From: Camelus dromedarius
Taxonomy: Eukaryota
NCBI RefSeq assembly: GCF_036321535.1
Contig: NC_087436.1
Coordinates: 96,970,001-97,034,000, forward strand
Length of the DNA: 64,000 nt
Direction of reading: 5' to 3'
The position numbers and the translations under genes are program-made. Shown here piece after piece: positions 13,106 to 26,799 of the stretch (its first letter is position 1; the number at the start of each line of letters is the position of its first letter). Under the pieces are notes generated by a model. The model did no database searches, was not told where the DNA came from, and saw only the letters and a program-made list of their open reading frames with translations.

Positions 13106-14116
13106 TATATTAGTTTCCTAGGACTGCCATAACAAAATGCCACAGACCGGGTGGCTTAAACAACAGAAATGTACTTTCACACAGTTCTGGAGGCTGGAAG
13201 TCCAAGATTAAGGTGCAAGCAGGGTCTGTGTCTGATGAAGCCTCTCCCGCTGGTTCGTAGACAGCCAGCTCCTCGTTGTTCTCACATGGCCTTTCTTCTC
13301 TGTGCATTTGTGGAGAGAAAGAGGACTCTCTCATCTCTTCTTCTTATAAGGGCACCAGTCCTACCAGATGAAGGTCCGAATTATATTACCTCACTTAACC
13401 TTTATTACCTCCTCCTTTATTACATTTATAAGCCCTATTTTCTTCTTCTTCTTCTTCTTTTTAACTTTTTTTTAGAAGTATATTCAGTTTACTATGTTGT
13501 GTCAGTTTCTGGTGTACAGCATGTTTCAGTCATACATATACATACATATATTCATTTTCATACTATTTTTCATTATAGGTCACTATAAGATACTGTATAT
13601 AGTCTCCTGTGCAATATAGTATAAACTTGTTGTTTGTCTATTTTATATATAGTAGTTAGTATTTGCAAATCTCAAACTCCCAATTTATCCCTTCCCATCC
13701 ACTCCCCACTGCCCCAGTAACCATAAGTTTTTCTATATCTGAGGTGTTTCTGTTTTGTAAATAAGTTCATTTGTGTCTTTTTTTTTTTTTTTAGATTCTA
13801 CATATAAGTGATATCATATGGTGTTTTTCTTTCTCTTTCTGGCCTACTCCACTTAGTATGATTATCTCCAGGGTCCATCCATGTTGCTGAAAATGGCATT
13901 ATTTTATTCTGTTTGTGGCTGAATAGTATTCCATTGTATGTATGTTTATGTGTATGTGTGTAATATAATATCATAATTCTTTATTCAGTCATCTGTCAAT
14001 GGACATTTAGATTATTTCCATCTTGGCTGTTGTAAATAGTATTTCAAAATACAGTAACATTGTAGGTTAGGATTTTAACATATGAATTTGGGGGGAGCCA
14101 CAACTCAGTCCATACA
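13106..14116 (-). mobile_element. MLT1A-like MaLR solo LTR, split by an L1 insertion
   Basis: The left arm (13106-13440) reads tattagtttcctaggactgccataacaaa...gttctggaggctggaagtccaagat. The right arm (14041-14116) reads atttcaaaatacagtaacatt...caactcagtccataca. The 5-bp TSD is gcttc/gtttc. Confidence 0.85.
13441..14040 (-). mobile_element. Younger 5'-truncated L1 3' end
   Basis: A (TTC)n/T-rich tail followed by gaagtatattcagtttactatgttgtgtcagtttctggtgtacagc...tagattctacatataagtgatatcatatgg...ggctgaatagtattccattgt. Confidence 0.88.
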
Positions 14117-15159
14117 GTTTCCTTCCAGAGAGATAAGAATCTTTGTGCTTCATATCAACTCAAAGATTTTTCAGTCTGAAGGAAATTCATTTTACAGTAA
14201 AATAGAGAGAAGCCAAGAGAGATAAAGAAACTTATTAATATAAACAATCAAGTAATAGTACAATTGGGACTAAAACTCTGTCCTCCGATTTTTATAGCAA
14301 TGTTCTTTCCATTAAACAATTCATGTCTTATGATGTCATTGTTCATATACAGTTCCACTATGGTGCACACAAGGCAGAAGGTAGATGCAAACTCATCAAC
14401 TTGGAAGGGACTTCCAAGGAAACCATTAAAATTTATCTAAGTTGTACATTGATCTAATCCAATATGGGGCCTCAGAGTTGCTGGCTTCATTTTGGTATCA
14501 TAGCATCCAGTCTTTATACATAAGTGAGAGCTAAGAGCTTCTGAACACCAGGTACTGCCAGGTATCAAAGCAATCATTAGGATAAATTTTGTACACATAC
14601 AAATGTTTAGCAATTAGGAACTAAGACAGTCATGCAATCTGTTCCCTTAAGTTCAATGGAATATCACCTTTCTGTCCATGTTTAAATGCTTTGACTGTGC
14701 TTGGCATGAAAACTTCTCTAGGAAAAAAAAAAAATACAACTAAAGCCAGGACTCTGCTTATCTACTTGCGAGCAATGGACAATCAGGGTTTTTTTCTGCT
14801 TATCTATTTGTAAGCAATGAACAATCAGATATTTTTCAAAATAGAGACTGAATACCAGTCACCTTGGGATAAAAATTCAAGAGTCATCAGAACCATACAG
14901 GCTGCTGGGCTTGCTATTTATGTGAAGACCAGTATCTCTATAGTGTTTCTAACCAACTCATAAGTCTTGACCATTACTCAGTTAATTAATGAAGTCGTTT
15001 TTATAACATCTGTTACACTAGGTGAATATCCCCTAGTGTTGATTAGAGATAAACAAGGCTCAAGTCTCCTGACAATATCTCTACCCTCAACAACCTCTTT
15101 CATCGTCACTCACTGTTCTTAGCCCCACTAACTTTCTTCTCTGAATATACCAACAGTAT

Positions 15160-15211
15160 TCTAGTATATATATAATTGGTTCTGTTTCTCTGGAGAACCC
15201 TGACTAATACA
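15160..15211 (+). mobile_element. MLT2 LTR 3' end fragment
   Basis: attggttctgtttctctggagaaccctgactaataca, the canonical MLT2 terminus. Confidence 0.7.
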
Positions 15212-15674
15212 TCTATGTGTGCCCCCAAAACTTTAGTGATATACATATATAAGGCATTTTTCTTATACTGCTAGGATTGCACTGAAGTTTCTTAAGTGTA
15301 TCTCATTGAGACAACCCCTAGTTACATTATACTATGAACTGTTCAGGCATAAAAGGGAAGCCCCAAAGCCAGTCATTTGGTTTAAGAAAAAGGCTACAGT
15401 GATGACTTTAAATCACCAGAGGGTGCCACTAACTCAGCAACTGGTTCTTTAATTCTGAGATGAGACATTTTATTACCCAATGCATATTTAAACCTTAAAA
15501 GATTCCTACATTTATTGAAAGAATCAATTACTCAGCACAAAGTATGGGCCAAGCAATGTTCTAGGTCCTGGGGGATACAGCAATGAATAAGAAAAATAAG
15601 GTCTCCATCACTGAGCTTACTTAGATTTCACTCAAAAATGACGGTTTGAACATCTAAACTGATTAGAATTAAGA

Positions 15675-17225
15675 CCCAAACAAATGGAAAGAAATCCTAT
15701 GCTCCTGGATTGAAAGTCTTTATATTGTTAAAATGTCTTTACTACCCAAAGAAAGGTACAGATTTAATACAATACCAATCCCAATGACATTTTTTTTTTT
15801 ACAGAAATAGAAAAAACAATTTTTTTTTAAGTTCACATGGAACTACAGAAGACCAGGGAGAGCCAAATCAAATTTGAGAAAGAAGAAATCCACAACTGAT
15901 CTTCAACAATGGTATCAAGAATACACAATGGAAAAAGTGATAGTCTCGTTAAGAAATGGTGCTGAGGAAACTAAATATCCACAAAAAAAGAATGAAATTG
16001 GACCCTTACCATACACTGTACACAAAAATCAACTTAAAATGGGTTGAAGACTTAAATGCAAGACCTGAAACTTTCTAACTCCTAGAAGAAGACATAAGGA
16101 AAAAGCTTCGTAGCTCCAAGACATTGTTCTTGCCAGTGATTTTATTGATGTGACACCAAGAGCCCCGACGACAAAAACAAAAATAAACAGGTGGGACCAC
16201 ATCAAAGTGAAAAGCTCTGCACAGCAAAGCAAACAGGCAGTAGAGTGGAAAGGAAATCTATGGAATGGGAGAAAATATTTGTAAACCATATATCTGGTAA
16301 AAGCTTAGTCCCCAAAATATATAAGGAACTACTACAACTCAGTCGTGAAGCTAAACAAAACAAAACGCTAGTAACCCAATTTAAAAATGGGCTGAGAAGT
16401 TGAATAGACACTTCTCCAGAGAAGACATGCACGTAGCCAACAGGTATATGAAGAGGTGCTCAACATCACTAATCATCAGGGAAATGCAAATTAAAACCAC
16501 AATGAGATGATCAGCTCACACCTCTGTGGAAGGCTGCTATCAAAAAAACCCCCAAAGACAGCAAATGTTGACTAGGATGCAGAGTAATTAGAAACCTTTC
16601 ACGTTGTTTGTAGGAATGCAAAATGGTGCATCTGTTATCGAAGACAATATGGAGGTTCCTCTAAACTTAAAAATAGAACTATCATGTGATCCACTAATCT
16701 CACTTCTCGGTCATCTAAAAAAATTAAAATCAGGATCTTGAGAGATATTAACACTTCTGTATTCATTGCAGCACTGTTCACAATAGCCAAGATGTGGAAA
16801 CAACCTACATGTCCATCAACAGATGAGTGGATAAAGAAAATATGGTAAATAAATACACAATAGAGTACTATGCAGACTTGAAAAAGCAAATTCTACTGTA
16901 CGTAACAACATGAATGAAACTTGAGGAAATTATGCCAGGTGAAATAAGCCAGTCACAGAAAGACACATACTGCATTATTCCACTTATATGAAGTATCTAA
17001 AATCATCAAATTCACAGAGTCAAAGAATAGAATGTTGGTTACCTGGGGACTGAGGTAGGGAGAAATGAGGAGTTAGTAATTAACAGGCATGAAGTTGTAG
17101 TCAAGCAAGATGGATATGCTCTGGAAATCTACACTACAGCCTTGTATCTACAGTCAATGATAATGTACTGTACACTTAAACATTGCTAAGAGGATAGATC
17201 TCATGTCAATAGAATAAAATAAAAC
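15675..17225 (+). mobile_element. L1MA-type element: degraded ORF2 C-terminus plus 3'UTR
   Basis: ORF2-like peptide EWEKIFVNHISGKSLVPKIYKELLQLS; motifs atcactaatcatcagggaaatgcaaattaaaaccacaatgagat and tgtccatcaacagatgagtggataaagaaaat; A-rich tail near 17212-17225. Confidence 0.9.
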
Positions 17226-18849
17226 AGAAATAGTAAAATGCTGGAGGGAAAAAGGCTACTGTGTGCCATTGTATTTGGAATGGGTATTTAATAGTAAATA
17301 AGACAAGGTGGTCTTAGTTTTTATTGAATTTACAATATAGTAGGGAACACAAAATTAATTTTTAAATGTCTAATTATGACCAGTGATAAGATGATAAATA
17401 AATCACAAAGTGATACCACAGTACACTGTAGGGTAACCCAACTAATTTTTTAGAGTTTAGGGACCTCTAAACTGTGAAGAAGGCAAGCATAAGGATAAGT
17501 AGAAATAACTTGGGGAAATTTTCCAGAAAGACATTCTAGAGAGAAGTAACTGAAGAGAACTCAGTTAAATGTGGCATGATATAAGAAAGATGGAAGAACT
17601 GTATAAGCACGAAGAGTGTATGGTATAGAAAAGTGGCTGCGTGGGAAGCTGTACTGATTTTCCTTTCATCCTGGTTTTTTGGGTACATATCTGTTAATAT
17701 GGCACCTAATCCCGAGTAACCTCAGCCTTAACAACAGCCCAAAGACCAATCCAGAGCCACAAGACTTTGGGACAAGACCTGGATATTGCCTGTCAAGACA
17801 AAGTAAATCTCACTGAGTTTAACTAGAATGAGACTAGCTTTGGACTTATAATAAGTTGAATAGCAATACATGTGACTCATAAACAGACAATTATAGAAAA
17901 CATGCCAAAAGTCCAGGATGAAAATGCAACATGACACAATACAATCAAAATTAGTTTCGTTTGAAGTAATAATGGCAATTAGTCTCTCCAAGAAACTGGA
18001 GATCAGGGGTAGAGCCAAAGAGAAGTCAGGGTACCCTCATGAATCTGAGGGAATGAGGGACCAGAGATTTTTTTAAAATTTAGTTAGCTTCATAAATGAA
18101 GCAATTACATGTTAATTTTTAGCTTCTTTTTTATAGAACTGAGAGATTGCTATTTTTTTGTAAAATGGAAGTGTCTTTTGTAAATAAAATATATTGCTAA
18201 GCTTACGTATTTTTTTCTATTTGGCTTCCTAGAAAAGTGATTTGAGAACTGCCTGAAATGAAAAGATGAAATAAAAAGTTAAAAGAAAATTAAAAAAGAA
18301 AGAACTCACAAACCCTGAATAAGAAGAGAAAAGAATGCCAAAACAGCGATATGGAGAAAAGAATCATAGTATACATGTAGTTATTTAGTATAATTAGTAA
18401 TGATCTATTGAAGAGCTACTAAGTGCCAAATACTGGATTAGACTCTGCAAATGAAACAATGACAATACTTTTAAAGTAATAATATTTACATCTTAGCTTT
18501 CAGATTTTCTGAGTTTGATCAGGGCAAGAAAGATCAAAACAATCACAATGCAACATGATAAATTCTATAATCCAGGAGAATACAATCTAAGGTCAGGTGT
18601 GAGGAGACACTAAAACAGAGTAATAAATAGCACCTAGTAACTTCCGTTATTTTTGCCTTTTCAGTATTTCTTCCCTGTCCTTTCTCAGGTGATGAAAGTC
18701 CTCTTTTCGGGGAAAAACCATTTCCTGCGGCTCTGTGAGGCCATAGGGGTATTTCCTGTGACCTGGGTCTCGCCAAAAGGGCTTTGTAGAGCACTGATCA
18801 GTGATTAGTTCAGTAATGATCACGGGCTACATGCCAGACAAATATGCCT

Positions 18850-19108
18850 TCGGGGGAACTTTTCTTTAAGGACTATTGGGAAAGATGATCTTTCCACTAA
18901 TGTTAGTAAGCTTGAAAGATACAAGTGTAGGGCTTCTGGGAGCCATTTGTGAACCACTGGAACAGAAGAGATGACAGGAGATACAGAATCTGAAGGAGTC
19001 CTGGGATCTAGCCACGCCTGAAATCAGCTATACCTCACCACATCTACAAAATTTAGTGTGAGGTTTTTTCCTCCCACTTGCAAGTAAAAAATAATTCTGA
19101 CATATACA
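18850..19108 (+). mobile_element. Old MaLR LTR fragment (MLT1J/K/L-like)
   Basis: tcctgggatctagccacgcctgaaatcagc...cacttgcaagtaaaaaataattctgacatataca. Confidence 0.5.
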
Positions 19109-21574
19109 GTGAATATCATTAGAATACAGTCAACTAGTATATACATTTTTTTTTAGTATATACATTTTTTACAAAAAGAAAACCTATCTTGAATTTCAAT
19201 CTTGACTATTTCTTTAAGGATTTATAAAGTCATATTTTTTCCATTCAAAGGATGGCATATCTAATGAATTCTGATTCTTTTTTTGCATTGTTGCTTACGT
19301 AGATCTAAAATTGTTCAGAAACATAAAAGAGAAAAAATAAGTTTATGAGATAGTAGACTACAGGACTTCCGAGATTATTCAGACAACACAATGGCTTGTG
19401 TTGGATTCTGAGATGGTGAATCTGGCCAAATGATAAAAATACACACAGGAAATGAAGTGCATTAATGAGTGTGTGGAGATACTCTAATTTAAAATTCATT
19501 GTAAAATTTGCCTATTAACAATTTAGGACACTACACATTCACTTACAAGTGTATCTTAATAGACTACAAAATGAAAGATAATTTATGAAGTGTTTAGCTC
19601 CCAGCATAAAGCTGCTGGAGTTGACAAGTTCATTTTTAATATTTGATTTGAAAATCTTGGGCACAGCAGTAGCAAGTTAAGATACAAATTAAATTTTTCA
19701 GGAAACAGCAGAGATGCACATTTTAATTGAATTTCCCATGAATAAAAGGTTATGAAGTCCCCACGGAGACTGGAGGGGAAGCATCATTGTTTCACAGCCT
19801 GAATCTAACTTTGGATGGTTAGGGAGGAAGTCTTAATGTTCTTCTCTTTTTTCCTATTTTGTTCTCCAGCTTGCATTAAGAATCTCAGAATAGTATCAGG
19901 ACTAGTAGAACAGAAACTTTATTTTAAAAACAGTCAGTTAGTTACAAATGTGACCAAGTGAATGAGTTCAGGGGACTTGGGATCAGATGTGAATCCTTTG
20001 ATCAAGAGAGTTCATTCCCTCAGGGACTCCTGCCCAGGTAACACTGGGCTCGCATTTGCATTTAAATGCCATCTGCAGATTTTTGCCTCTAAGAGATCTT
20101 ATGAGCCTAAACTAAAAATTAAACCCCTTGTTCTTTGATCAGCTAAGGGTAACCAGCCTTTTCTCCTCATGTCCAGGCAGCTCTTCACAGCTTTACATTG
20201 AACTTGTAAGACAAATCAAGGTTTAAAAATGCTATTATCAACTCTACTAATGTAATGAATTGTCATGGTCTCTCCTTGAGAGACCCAAAGGCTCACGTGT
20301 AACAGGATCCCACTTCGTGTCTGATGCTTTCTCTGTAACACAGTAAACATACAGATGCATAAGAGTTTGCTAAGAAAAGAGCAGTAGAAGGAAAAATGGC
20401 ATCAGGAATAAAGTTTTGAAAGGGGAAATTGTCCTGTATTGATGACAGTGATAAGATTTCAGAATGAAGGTCCCAAAACAATGCCAACAGAGAAACTACA
20501 GGATGGAGGTGAGGGAGTGTGGCTTGGGGCCAGGGCTGGGGCTGTCATGTTGCACCTGTGTGAAGTCAGTCTAGTTCCAGGCTGAGCTGGTCACCACAGA
20601 GGCAGCTGGGACAAGAGACAAGGGAGACTGAGAGGCACTGAAGCCGTACAGGAGAGGTGTCTGCTACACAGAGACTGATGGAAAACTTAGACCAAGTTTG
20701 CAGACAATGAGTGCAGAGAATTTACGCCATGCATTTTGTGCATTAACTCCAATTGCTTTTATTTTAATTTTTAATTTTTTGAACCTTTCCCCAAACTTAC
20801 TCAATATTCTTCCTTTGTCTTGAAGCAAGTGGGACTTTACAATTATAACCAAACTTGTAACCAAAAAAAAAAAAAAAGAAAGAAAAGAAAACACTATGAT
20901 AAATACTATACTATATACAAAATTCAATGTTGCACATGATGAACAAAGAGAAAATTTTATATTTTGATGTGCTAGAGATGGCTCAAATTCTACCAATGCA
21001 AACCTCTGGCATCAGGAGCTCTGTTTCCTTCTTGTAACCAGCAGTGTTTAATATATTGAAAATACCTTTCAGTTTTCAACATTATATCTTATTTCTGTCT
21101 TAGAAACTGAATAATTATTTCACTATTTCTGAACTGTTCATAATGAAGTTTTTAGTGTATGTGTGTAAACATATGTAGAGTATGTTGAATGTATGTATAT
21201 ATAACTTATGGATACAAATAATATATATGTGGAGAGAGAGAGGAGAGGGTTAGGGAGATTACATAAACTTCATTATTTACTACTCTGATGAAAACATGAA
21301 GTTGATGTTTGTATCTTATATTCTAATTGGTCTAATGCATATTTTAATACATTACATTAAACAGAGAGTCAGTTGCACTGCAGTAAGAGCACTATCCTCA
21401 TTAACAATGATCCAGAGAAGAAACTACACTTCAGTTTAGTCTGTTGCTATTCCTAGGACATGTAAGCTATTACTGTGTGGAATGTTTGCACATTTAAATA
21501 TTTATGATTGGTTTATAAATATTTATATATTAGTAATTCTCTAGATTAAAAGTAAATGAAAACTACTATAAATA

Positions 21575-22240
21575 TACACTAGAATTGAACAATTAAGTGA
21601 ATGGATGGTGGGTGGTAGTTGCCAAGTTTCTCATTGTTACAGTGGGAGGTTATAGATAAGCAAGGGAAGAGGCTAGAATGATCCACATGATAGTAGATTA
21701 TAATTGGAAACATTTGTATCAACTCATTTAGCTTAATATAGATTCAAATGATTACATACAGAAATATATATAGATATGTGTATATACAAAGGCTACTATA
21801 TTCTCATATGTCTCCTTGCTTTGCAGACTGGGAGGGCCTAGAAACAGCTCAGTAGCAACGAGCACACCTAATGCCCTGATCTTGCTTGCTAATACCATTC
21901 TCCAGTAAAAGAAACCAGGGTTCCTTGGATCTATGGAGAAAGTGTTCACACTGTTACTGAGATAGAAAATGCACAAGATGAGGCTGGAGCATTTTGTGGT
22001 GTCAGAAAGGAAGGAAGTGCTAAAATGGTTTAAAATAAAAACTATGTTGATGGGAATATATTAAAGACACATAGGAGCCAAATGAAAGAGCTCCAAATGC
22101 TACAGCTGAGCAACAAAATAAAGTAGCACTGGATTATAACCCAAAGTATAAAGCAAGTACCAAGTCCAATGAGTCCATCCTAAACTAAATAAATGAGGTA
22201 GACTATAACTCCCTACTCTTAAGCGTGTACAGCAGCTAGC
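21575..22240 (+). mobile_element. L1MD-type 3' UTR fragment
   Basis: gtgggaggttatagataagcaagggaagaggctagaatgatccac...cagtagcaacgagcacaccta...aataccattctccagtaaaagaaaccaggg. Confidence 0.75.
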
Positions 22241-22243
22241 AAG

Positions 22244-22685
22244 TGTTCTGGTTTCAGTTGTGTCCCCCAAAACTTCATATGTTGAAGTCCTAGCTCCTAG
22301 TACCTCAGAATTCGGCTTTATTTGGAAATAGGGCCATTGCAGATGTAATTAAGATGAGGCCATACTGGAGAAGGGTGGACTCTTAATCCAATATGAAGTC
22401 CTTATAAAATGGGGAAATTTGGGCACAGCCACGAGCACAGAGAGAATGCCAAGTGAACATGAAGGTAGATTTCCAGGTGATGTGTGTACACTTCAAAGAA
22501 CTCCAAAGATGCCAGCAAACCAGCAGAAGCTGGGAGAGAGGTGTGGAACAAATTTTCCTTCATCACCCTCGGGAGCTGAACGTTTCAACTGCTTGCCTTC
22601 AGACTTTCTCCCCTCCAGAACTATGAGACAATAAATGAAACTGATTTTGCAGTAATTCTCAACATGCTCATAAAAGCTAATGTGC
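22244..22685 (+). mobile_element. MLT1B/C-like MaLR LTR
   Basis: tgtgtcccccaaaa...tatgttgaagtcctag...tttggaaataggg...gatgccagcaaaccagcagaagctggg...cctccagaactatgagacaataaat. Confidence 0.85.
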
Positions 22686-23179
22686 ACATTAAATAAAACA
22701 TAGTATGATCATCAATCATTAATACAAATTAAGAAGTTCAGTAAGGCAGAATGTATATTTCAAACATGATCTCCAATAGTTTTTCTATCCTTTCAAAATT
22801 GAGACTAATAAATTGTTTTTCCCAGTCATTTACCAAGAACCATAATAATCTTTGACATATTATCCTCAGACAGTTACATAAACAACTTCTGGATCACTTA
22901 ATTTCAGTTGAACAATTTTTTATATTCTACAGTAGTGACTTAAAATAAAAAAGCAGAGTCAAAAATTTATCAGTATTTTTTATTCTGTGTATTATATGCA
23001 AAACCAAGCTTGTTTAGAGCAAACTTACTTGTCCTGTTATTCCTTGCCTTGTCAATTTCAAGCTACTGCTTTTTAAAATCAGCAGAAAAGAAGGTAGACC
23101 ATTTTAAAAAAAATGTGACCCACTGAACTACCAAGTCATGTGTAGTACTTTAATTTTCCCAATAAGGCAAACTTTTTTT

Positions 23180-23810
23180 TTTCGTAATTACCTTTTCTGT
23201 GTATGTGTGGTGACAGTATTTAAAAACTACTCTCTTGAGGGGTGAGGCATGTAACTCAGTGGTAGAACTCATGCTTAGCATGCATGAGGTCCTGGGTTCA
23301 ATCCCCAGTACCTTCATTAAAAACAAAAATAAACAAAAAGATGCCTACTATCTTAGCATGGATTTTGAGACTATAATAAAGCATTGTTAACGATAGGCAC
23401 TATGCTGTATATTCGATCTCCAGAATTTATCTTATAACTGGAAGTTTGTACAGTTTGACCAATATCTCTCCATTTCCCCAACCCCTGACAACTATAATTC
23501 AACTCTGTTTTTATGAGTTTTATACTCTCTGTTTCTATCAGTTCAGCTTTTTTAGATTCCAAATGTAAGATTATACAATATTTGCCTTTGTCTGACTCAC
23601 TTCCTTTAGCATATTGTTTTCGAGGTCCATCCATGTTGTTGCAAATTGCATGATTTCCTTATTGTTTACTGCTGAATAATCCATTGTACGCATATACCAC
23701 ATTTTCTTTATCCATTTATCTACTGAGGGACCCAGGCTGTTCCCATGTCTTGGCTATTGTGAATGATGCTGCAATAAACATAGGGGTGCAGATATTTTGA
23801 GATAGGGACG
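23180..23810 (-). mobile_element. L1MA-type 3' end (interrupted by a SINE)
   Basis: Antisense L1 3'UTR motifs (ttataactggaagtttgtac, gtccatccatgttgttgcaaat, ttggctattgtgaatgatgctgcaataaacat). Confidence 0.85.
23237..23340 (+). mobile_element. tRNA-Ala-derived SINE (camelid Vic-1-like, short form)
   Basis: A box TAACTCAGTGG, B box GGTTCAATCCC, Ala(AGC)-like gcttagcatgc, A-rich tail, and TSD ctactctctt (23227-36) / ctactatctt (23345-54). Confidence 0.85.
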
Positions 23811-23929
23811 TTTCTTAAGAGATTAGAAATATTTTTACTGAGAATTCTATGTCTGGGAATAAATAATTAACATTTGCTTCTCATTTCACTAATAATTACC
23901 ATTCACCCTTTGATCGTGAATCAATCCAA

Positions 23930-24430
23930 GTTCAGTCAGTGGCGAAGGGTCAGTCTGAGTGTTGTAAGATAAGGGAGTTATTATAGGAAGGAGATCTTAC
24001 ACAAAATGTTAGAAAACAGAGGTCCAGAAGAGATGCTGGATCAGAGATTGAATCAACAACCAATCAATTAAAGAAGCCATGTCCTACCAGCCATACATCT
24101 AGAACAGTGAAAGGTGAGTTTGTGGAGAAACATATAAGAAAGCATTGCTTTTGAGTAGCTACTGAATCAGTGAATCCACGGTCAAGTGTCTGGGAGACAG
24201 CCTGAGGTCACTGTTGGTCAGCATGGCCAGGAGTCTGGAAGAACAAGTGGACACAGAGCAAACACCTCTGTGAATGTCTGTCACCATATATGGCTGGGGA
24301 AAAGGCCTTCAGGGACAATGGATACTGCTTTATTTCTGCATTCCAATTGCATACAAGTCCTTTTGACCAACACTAATTTGGACGCTTGTGGGGAAATGTA
24401 ACTCCCAGCCTAATCAATTTCACCACCGTG
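23930..24430 (-). mobile_element. Old ERVL-type LTR (MLT2F-like)
   Basis: gggagttattataggaaggagatcttacaca...ggggaaatgtaactcccagcctaatcaa. The family call is tentative. Confidence 0.5.
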
Positions 24431-24867
24431 AATGTCATATATATACTCTGTCCTTGTTAAAATCAGATAAAGCTATGAAATCTGTGCTTGAAATTTTTGT
24501 CTACATATATGCAAGACTTTATTAGAACACATTTGAGTACCAGAATACAAACTTATTAGAGAACTGAATGTACCCAGATAATGTTATTTTAGTGAGGCAT
24601 CTACAAATTGAGGTTTCAAAGTGACACTACTTTGTAAATGCTCTCATCAGAAATGTAAGGAAGAAAATAAGAAGCACTCATGGTGCTTGTTATGATTATG
24701 TGTATATTTGAGTGGAATTGGCAAATATGTGATACCTGTAGACAAAAATCTGTTATGGAATAGAAATATCTATGGATAGAGCAGAGGAGACAAAGCCAAA
24801 CTGGTAGCCTGAAGCTAATGATCGAGGGCAAGGAATTCACAGAATGCCAGTGGGTGTAGTAGGAGAC

Positions 24868-25126
24868 AGCACAAATAGTGTTTAAAAGCATCAGACCCCT
24901 AGACTTCAGAGCCAGGCAAGCCTGGGTCTACAACTTGACTACCTTGCTTACTACTTACTAGACCCTGATCAGTCCTCCTAAGCCTCACTCTTTTCATTCT
25001 TTAATTGTGTAACGCTGGTCAGAAGAGAAACTACCTCAAAAGCTGTTATGAGCGATTATGGTGAATGTCTGTAAAAACTCAGCACACAATGTCTGGCACA
25101 CAGTAAATACTCCATGAACATAAGCT
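24868..25126 (+). mobile_element. MIR SINE
   Basis: gagccaggcaagcctgggt...ctacctcaaaagctgttatgag...tctggcacacagtaaatactc. Confidence 0.7.
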
Positions 25127-26179
25127 CCAGGATTTTCATCTTCTTTGTTCATTGCTGAAACCCCAGCTCCTGACTCTACTTAGCAAACGTTTATATAAGT
25201 AATTGATTAATTAATAGCAGTTGCTTGTATTGCTGTGTTTGTATTCGTTGTTCATGTAAGGTCAGGGAATTTATGATATTTGTAAACAGAGATGTCATGA
25301 ATTTTTTTAAATCCCCAACCCACCTAGGCATGGACCATCCTTAAAATATTTAGGGAAGGTGTGCTGTTGAGTCTCCATTATACCAGGGGTCACTACATTC
25401 TGAGACCAGGAGAATCACTCTTTTCTAACATTCTTATTCTTCAATAGCAATCCCCCTGACCCAAACTCTTTACATGCATGCCCTCTTAATCGCTTGTGGT
25501 AGTCACACTTGATTTTTACTTCTCTCCTCAGGCATTGTAGCATATCTTTGTTGAACAAGATACTGTTATTTCCCAGCTCTGGAAGGCTACTTTATAACAC
25601 TTGAAGTCATGTGTCATACTGTCTCCTCTCTTCCTGTTAGTTCCTGGGAGTAGCAAATGGCATTTTTGTTTCATGTAACCCTTGCTGTCTCTTGCATATA
25701 AAGTGGGGACCAAAGCGTGCCATTTAAAAGGCTACAGCCATTTCTGAATTCTTGGGTGAAGCCAACATCCTCCCTTTGCAATTTTAAGGACCTCTCTGGT
25801 CCTTTTAGCCTCCCATATGTAAGGCAGTGAGGAAATAAAAATACTCATGCTTCAGGCCAAGCTGCTATTCCATATTTAATAATGCAAAATGCTCTGTTTA
25901 CTTTGAGTTGAGTTAGTCTTTGCAAAAGATTACTATGTTGTTAAGATATATTGATTTTCTCTGACTACAAGCAAGGAATGAGGATGAATTAAGAGCTAAG
26001 AAAAGATGAATTTATCCCAAAGAAAGAGAATCAGGCCCCAGTAATATGGAAATAAGCCAGCAGCTGAGAAAGATGTGTCTAGTGGGAGAACTTAGATTAC
26101 AGAGAATGAACCAACACATTAGAGGAAAATTATCAGATAGCCAGTTTTAATCTTTCCTTCTCTAGATGATAATTCCCTC

Positions 26180-26430
26180 CCATTTAAGAAAATGAACTCT
26201 ACAGCCAGACTGCCTGGGATGGAATCCTGGGGTAATCACTTATTAGTTAAATGTCTTTGGGAAATTTACCCTCCCAGTGCTTTGGTATCTTATCTAAAAA
26301 ATGGGAATAATAATACCTCTATCATAAAATTGGTGGGATAGAGTGAATACATATAATAAGTGAATATATGTATGTGTGTATATATACTGTCTAGTCTTGA
26401 CAAGTGCTGAATATATTATTATTATTACCT
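26180..26430 (+). mobile_element. MIR SINE
   Basis: agccagactgcctgggatggaatcctgg...aaaatgggaataataatacct. Confidence 0.75.
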
Positions 26431-26799
26431 ACACTATGACTATCCCCTTGAGTTAGTAAAATAGTAAAGATGAGAGTATTGCTCTAACTACACTTAGGAA
26501 CCTGTGTTCGTGTTTTGGGATGAAGTATGCTCAGGAATGAGAAAGTGATGATGAGACAGCTGGAGGCAATCTGTAAGGGAGAAAAATAAGTGAGAAGCAG
26601 ACAAAATGGATTTCTAGAACACAGAAGGAGTGATCTCAGAAATACTTAGGAAGAGAATAGACTTCTTTCATTTATCCAGTATGGGAGATTAGATTATAGT
26701 TGCATGTATATGAAAAATAATACACACCCTAGAGGCCTTAAAAACTTTCGGACACTGAAGTTTTAATTATTATTTTAATAAAGATTTATCTATGTCACA

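Noticed and set aside
16029..16889. Cluster of ORFs on both strands
   Set aside because: These are degraded L1 ORF2 and its antisense frames.
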